Virus record (IMG/VR): IMGVR_UViG_3300002301_000001
Span: 1 to 64,000 of that record
DNA length: 64,000 nt
Strand: one strand, 5' to 3'
Origin: a virus
The translations under genes and the position numbers were made by a program. Shown here piece after piece: positions 59,427 through 64,000 of this stretch. The notes under the pieces were generated by a model. The model was given only the letters and a program-made list of their open reading frames with translations. It ran no database searches and had not been told where the DNA came from. The first letter of the stretch is position 1, and every line of letters begins with the position of its first letter.

Positions 59427-60317
59427 TCAATATTCGGTATCTGTTACCTCTGTAGTGTCGTGTTTAATGACACTCTCTGTGGCCTGCAGATGTTCTGACT
59501 CAACAAAATCCTTGAGCAGGTCTAGTGAGTAAGCATCTTTCACACCGTATTCACCGGTTATAGAGTCCTTGAACCTCTTGGTATTCTTATCAGCATCCCA
59601 GCTATTCTGTGTAGCACTGAGTCTTGCTGTCTTCATACGGTATCCAGGCATGTACACCCTGGCCAGGTTCTGATACATCTTCTTACCATCATCGGTATCC
59701 TTGATATACACAGTAGCCATCATTACAGTAGTAGTAGCTAACACTTCATCTTCAGGTGTATTTGCTGTAGGTATCATTCCTTTGATTTCATCTACATTTC
59801 CCCGGAATATCTTCTTCATATCCAGGAGTACGTTTGTGTTAGGGCTGAACCAGTTGACCTTATTTAACCAGTTACGGAAGAATTCATATACATCCGCTTC
59901 TCCCTGATAGGCCTGACGGTAATCAGCTTCACCTATTACATTTTTATCCTTATCCTTAAACTGCAGGAACCATTCAGGTAGATTTTTCTTATCATCTACC
60001 CATGTACTCATACCTGTCTGGGACACATACTGTAGTTTACCGGACTTCTCACTGGTTGATTTCTTATCTGTTATCTGTAGCCTATGCTCGAATGGTTTAT
60101 CGGTAGCTACATCTTCCAGACAGAACTCCAGTGTTACCCGGGTATTACGATCTTTATCTTCTCCTACATACTCATATTCCTTATCATCCGGTTTTACTTC
60201 CCATCCTCTCCAAGCGGCTTTCTCTTTCCTGGTCATATTGATTCCTACTACCCGGGCTTCGAATATGCCAATTTGCAATGTCTGTTGTCCTTGTCCTGTA
60301 CTTTTCTCGAATTTCAT
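59427..60317 (-). CDS. Putative single-stranded DNA-binding protein (crAss-type)
   Basis: Directly follows the AAA_24 ATPase. G.FE..V..IN, K.QYV...G..TW, R.AY.GE motifs and an acidic tail. Confidence 0.6.
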   Translation of the reverse strand: MKFEKSTGQGQQTLQIGIFEARVVGINMTRKEKAAWRGWEVKPDDKEYEYVGEDKDRNTRVTLEFCLEDVATDKPFEHRLQITDKKSTSEKSGKLQYVSQTGMSTWVDDKKNLPEWFLQFKDKDKNVIGEADYRQAYQGEADVYEFFRNWLNKVNWFSPNTNVLLDMKKIFRGNVDEIKGMIPTANTPEDEVLATTTVMMATVYIKDTDDGKKMYQNLARVYMPGYRMKTARLSATQNSWDADKNTKRFKDSITGEYGVKDAYSLDLLKDFVESEHLQATESVIKHDTTEVTDTEY

Positions 60318-60341
60318 GTTTTTCTCTGTTTAGTTGTTATC

Positions 60342-61151
60342 TTATTTTTGTTTGTCTTCTTTTATGAACACCTTATTCCAGTCTAAGGGACCTGTATACC
60401 CCAATAGATGTTTGGCTCTTACCCCACCCACTCGCTGATTGTCCCCCTTGAATGATATCATGAACTGTCCTTCTTCATTCCATACATTGGCTGTAGCATC
60501 TACTAACCTTGGCAGTATATCTCTTGTCTTACCTACCAGTGCCAGATCCTTGACCATTACCTCCTCACTTGTACCCCCTTTGGATATCATCTTATCAGCT
60601 ACATGGCACACGAAGATGGTACATATCTTACCTAGACCTTTTAGTGACTCGAATATATCCATTATTGCTTCCCTAGTATACCTGTATCCATATCCATTTG
60701 CTAGAGTCAATACACTCTCATAGTCACTATCTGATGGTTTCATGATCTCACCATTGGCATTTCTATTGAACTTCTTACCCTGGATTGAGTGCATATAGTT
60801 CCATGTACCCACCCACTCGCTGTCTGAATCCAACTGACTGAGTGTATCAATAGCCACATAGTCATATGGCTTACCCTGTGCCTTGATCTCAGCTGCCAGT
60901 TCTTTTAGCCATTTGAACTTGCTTACAGGCCCTGCATTTTCCGGTGGCTGTACTATCATACCTTCTATGAATGCACTACCTTTCTCCACATCTATGATTA
61001 GGCAGTTAGGAAGCTCTGATAGGGCAGTAGTCTTTCCACTTTTTGGTAATCCATACAGGATCAGGCTCTCAATGTTCACTGCTTTTGGCTTCTGGGCCTG
61101 TGTAGGTAGAGTAATACCTTTCCTCTCTACACTTTCTTGTTGTTCTTGCAT
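60342..61151 (-). CDS. AAA_24 (Sak4-like) ATPase
   Basis: LILYGLPKSGKTT, IDVEKG, AIDT, G.GY and IFVCH. Confidence 0.85.
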   Translation of the reverse strand: MQEQQESVERKGITLPTQAQKPKAVNIESLILYGLPKSGKTTALSELPNCLIIDVEKGSAFIEGMIVQPPENAGPVSKFKWLKELAAEIKAQGKPYDYVAIDTLSQLDSDSEWVGTWNYMHSIQGKKFNRNANGEIMKPSDSDYESVLTLANGYGYRYTREAIMDIFESLKGLGKICTIFVCHVADKMISKGGTSEEVMVKDLALVGKTRDILPRLVDATANVWNEEGQFMISFKGDNQRVGGVRAKHLLGYTGPLDWNKVFIKEDKQK

Positions 61152-61383
61152 ATATGTTGCTTTTGTTTTTGATTACTTCTTTATTACTTCTCTTTAAGAT
61201 GCTTCCAGTTGTATTACCGTTGCTTGGTACCATTTAGACAGCCTATTTCATACTCCAGTTCTTCTATTTTCTCTTCCAGTTTGTTATTCTGTTCTCGGAG
61301 TTCTTCTATCAGGTCTTTTAGCCATTGTACAGTATCCAGTGCGTCATCTACTCTTCGATCTTCTTTGTAGTCCATATTGTTGC

Positions 61384-62336
61384 TTATTTAGTTTTTGATA
61401 GCTTTTCTCTTGCTATTTCTTCCATCTGATTAGCGAATACATTCTGGATAGCACCATTAGCCTGTGCCTTTATATCTCTTACTGAGAATATTGGTTTGTT
61501 CTGGATGATATATTCTTTACGAGCTTCTTCTGTACTGAAGTGCTTCCATGCATTCCATGCTGAACAACCTGTAGGAGGATTACCTAGTTTACCGGCAGTT
61601 AGATTACTCTTTATAGGCCATTCACTTCTAGGTAATATACTATACTATACAGAGTTTGGTATTTATCTGTTATTTCTACACCATCTTCACTTGTATACAC
61701 CACCTTTTCCTCCTTCTTCTCTACTGGTATATCTCCTCTCTTTTCTACTACTTCCAGGATCTGATTAGCTGTATCATTATAGGCTATACCACTCAGATTG
61801 CAGAAGCGTACTATATCAGCCACATCTCTCACTAGTTTCTCTCTATCTGTAGGTACTTGTACTGGTTCTACTTTCTCCCAGTAACTGAAGTGGCAATAAC
61901 CTTTTTCTCCTTTTGGATTAGCCCATATATCATTCTGTACTCCCAGTTGGAAGTTGTCTATTATGAATGCTTCTTCTAGTCTACAGTTACTATGTACTAT
62001 TGTATCTCCTATCCGCCATATACTACCATCAGATAATCGTTTCACGGAATATATCTTACAGTTATTCTTTAGTAGTATATCCTTATCACAAGGTATTTTG
62101 GTTAACTCTCTTGCGAATCTTCCATCAGGTGTTCTATTGTATATGTGTGCTGGCTTATCTATATCTACATATGCCTGTATTTCATACTCCTTAGGCTCCT
62201 CTATTTCCTCCCAGTCATTACCTGATTCTACTATCCACGCAGCTACAGGATGATGCCCACATTCTACATGGTAGTAGTTATTATCAACCATCAGTTCAGC
62301 TATCTTACCTGTGCCTTTATGTTTGTACTTTTTCAT
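61384..62336 (-). pseudogene. Phage protein frameshifted at a (GTATA)3 tract
   Basis: ORF 61611-62336 continues in another frame (..FSTEEARKEYIIQNKPIFS..). Removing one 5-nt unit at 61636-61650 fuses the two. Confidence 0.6.
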
Positions 62337-62369
62337 ATATTTATCTTTCTTTATTGGTATTATTACTGG

Positions 62370-63455
62370 TTACCGAAGGAAGTATCTGAGTGACTTTACC
62401 TGATCTATTACTGCATCTGTTGTATCATCTTTACGGGGCAAGGTACTGAACTGGCCTACAGCACCATTGAATGCCAGTGCCCACCTCATATCATCTGCTG
62501 AATAGCTGCTCTTGATTAACTTCAATGACCTGAAGTAGTTATTACCATTAGTGTTATCTATAAATTTCTGTATATCATATCCCATATGGTCATATACCTT
62601 GAACTTGAATGGATTGAACAGGGTGAGTACTACATCTGCATCATCGTACATATTACCAGTATCCTTAAATGACTCCTGTGTAGGTTCTGGATCAGCTTGT
62701 TTACTGAATATTTCTGATTTGATACTCCTGTTAAACTGACTGATTACTACAGGGCTCATCTGGAATCTGTCTCTTACTATACTCATATATTCAGAGAGTT
62801 TATCAGTTGTTCCCTTACGACTTTTCATACCATCTACAGTTTCCATACGACATTTACCTGCATGGTCTATTACAGGCACTATGATCAGGTGCTCATTATT
62901 GGGATGATATATCTTCTCCCATTCACTTATCTGCTCCTCCTTACCCCTTTCCAGGGCATATTGCTCTAGGTGCTTGAATATACCTCTTGGGTTTTCTTGG
63001 CCGGAGATTAGGTTGACTATATGACTATCCTGCATAGTAGTGAAGTACTCTTCACATGCATCAAACATTCCTTTCTGTCTACTGTTTATCTTCCTTTCTC
63101 CCCAGCCCATGAGTACTTCTGGTTCTATTAGTTCCCCATAATCCTTCCATATCTTATAACAGGACCATTTAGCCAGCTTATCAGTGATACTACGCTCCAT
63201 GCATCTGTATACCCATTCTATACGTATATCTGATTTCTTCTGGTTCTGTAGTAGCCATTCATAGGGTTCCAGGACATAGGTACTATCTACATAGCTTGTC
63301 TTACCGGTACCACCATTTCCTCCCAATAGGGTATATATTCTCTTTCTTATACTTAGGAACTTATTTACCCGGGCTACTGACATAGGTATTCCCTGTGTCT
63401 TTCCTAGTATTCCTTTCTCTACTTCATCTTTTAGTACCTGGAAGTGGCTTGGCAT
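62370..63455 (-). CDS. dnaB: DnaB-like replicative helicase
   Basis: Walker A GGNGGTGKT, ME, IDH, ISQFNR and KDTG....DAD.V. Confidence 0.88.
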   Translation of the reverse strand: MPSHFQVLKDEVEKGILGKTQGIPMSVARVNKFLSIRKRIYTLLGGNGGTGKTSYVDSTYVLEPYEWLLQNQKKSDIRIEWVYRCMERSITDKLAKWSCYKIWKDYGELIEPEVLMGWGERKINSRQKGMFDACEEYFTTMQDSHIVNLISGQENPRGIFKHLEQYALERGKEEQISEWEKIYHPNNEHLIIVPVIDHAGKCRMETVDGMKSRKGTTDKLSEYMSIVRDRFQMSPVVISQFNRSIKSEIFSKQADPEPTQESFKDTGNMYDDADVVLTLFNPFKFKVYDHMGYDIQKFIDNTNGNNYFRSLKLIKSSYSADDMRWALAFNGAVGQFSTLPRKDDTTDAVIDQVKSLRYFLR

Positions 63456-63459
63456 ATAT

Positions 63460-63939
63460 TTATCTTTTAGTTTCTTCCACTTTTAGTTTTACTAGTTGGA
63501 CATCTAACCAACTTATATAAAAACTTATATTGTTTATATTTTCTGGATAGTCTTTTATTATTGTTCTTATAATATCTATTGTTTTATTTATAGACACTCT
63601 TCTTGTTACACTTTGTTCTTTAGCTGTACTCCACTTACAGTTCTCTGGTCCATAGTTGCCATTTGTATTTATCCTGTCTATACTATGATTAATTGAGGGT
63701 CTTGGGCCCATATCTGCAAGAAAGTTTTTATAACCTTCCCCTCTTTTTACTCCTTTCCATCTATCGCATACAGTTATCCCTCTTCCACCATAATTTTTAT
63801 ACCCTGTTCCATTAATACATTCACATCTAGCTCTCATGCTACTATACACTCTATAAGTACTACTATATGAGTCATGGCCTCCTATTGTGTGACCATGGCT
63901 ATAACCAGGATTTCTTGATCCTCTTTTTGAGCAATCCAT
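63460..63939 (-). CDS. HNH homing endonuclease
   Basis: YGGRGITVCDRW...FLADMG.RPS..HSIDRINTNGNYGPENCKW. Confidence 0.9.
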   Translation of the reverse strand: MDCSKRGSRNPGYSHGHTIGGHDSYSSTYRVYSSMRARCECINGTGYKNYGGRGITVCDRWKGVKRGEGYKNFLADMGPRPSINHSIDRINTNGNYGPENCKWSTAKEQSVTRRVSINKTIDIIRTIIKDYPENINNISFYISWLDVQLVKLKVEETKR

Positions 63940-64000
63940 GCAAGAACCTTGACCTGTTACAGCACTATTTATTGCTATAATAATAGGTTTCTTACAAAGA

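Noticed and set aside
34286-62739. + strand ORFs opposite the replication block
   Set aside because: They are antisense shadows of well-supported - strand genes.
37368-63455. Inteins in RecA or DnaB; tRNA genes; DGR
   Set aside because: Protein lengths are normal with no splice motifs, and no cloverleaf or reverse transcriptase was recognised by eye.
1-64000. Genome-wide stop-codon reassignment (code 15 or 4)
   Set aside because: The giant ORFs are open in code 11, and TAG and TGA terminate tightly packed genes. Only two isolated internal stops were found.

Overview
A 64 kb segment of a crAss-like (Crassvirales-related) phage of a Bacteroidota host, read in standard code 11. The + strand (1-34213) carries late/virion genes: a ferritin-like gene, xxxGG-motif cargo-like proteins, a 1052-aa protein, a 4415-aa virion RNA polymerase polyprotein (HEAFH zincin, DFDID catalytic motif, C-terminal NADAR-like and SLOG-like domains) and a 2123-aa zincin/PD-(D/E)xK protein. 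The - strand (34210-64000) carries early/replication genes (DnaB, AAA_24 ATPase, putative SSB, primase, Ung, RecE-like exonuclease, RecA, ParB-like), many small acidic ORFs, several homing endonucleases and a solo TnpB. The most unusual signals are: (1) a 4.7 kb accessory island ahead of the RNAP gene with HicBA, a type I toxin-like peptide and three tandem fold-back cassettes joined by a conserved 18-nt junction; (2) a protein-like ORF overprinted in the +1 frame inside an AT-rich domain insertion of the 2123-aa gene; (3) a GIY-YIG cassette that appears to split a cargo gene while supplying copies of the terminal motifs of its neighbours; (4) a shared promoter-pseudoknot leader in front of three unrelated nuclease genes. 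All family assignments come from motif recognition by eye, not from database searches.
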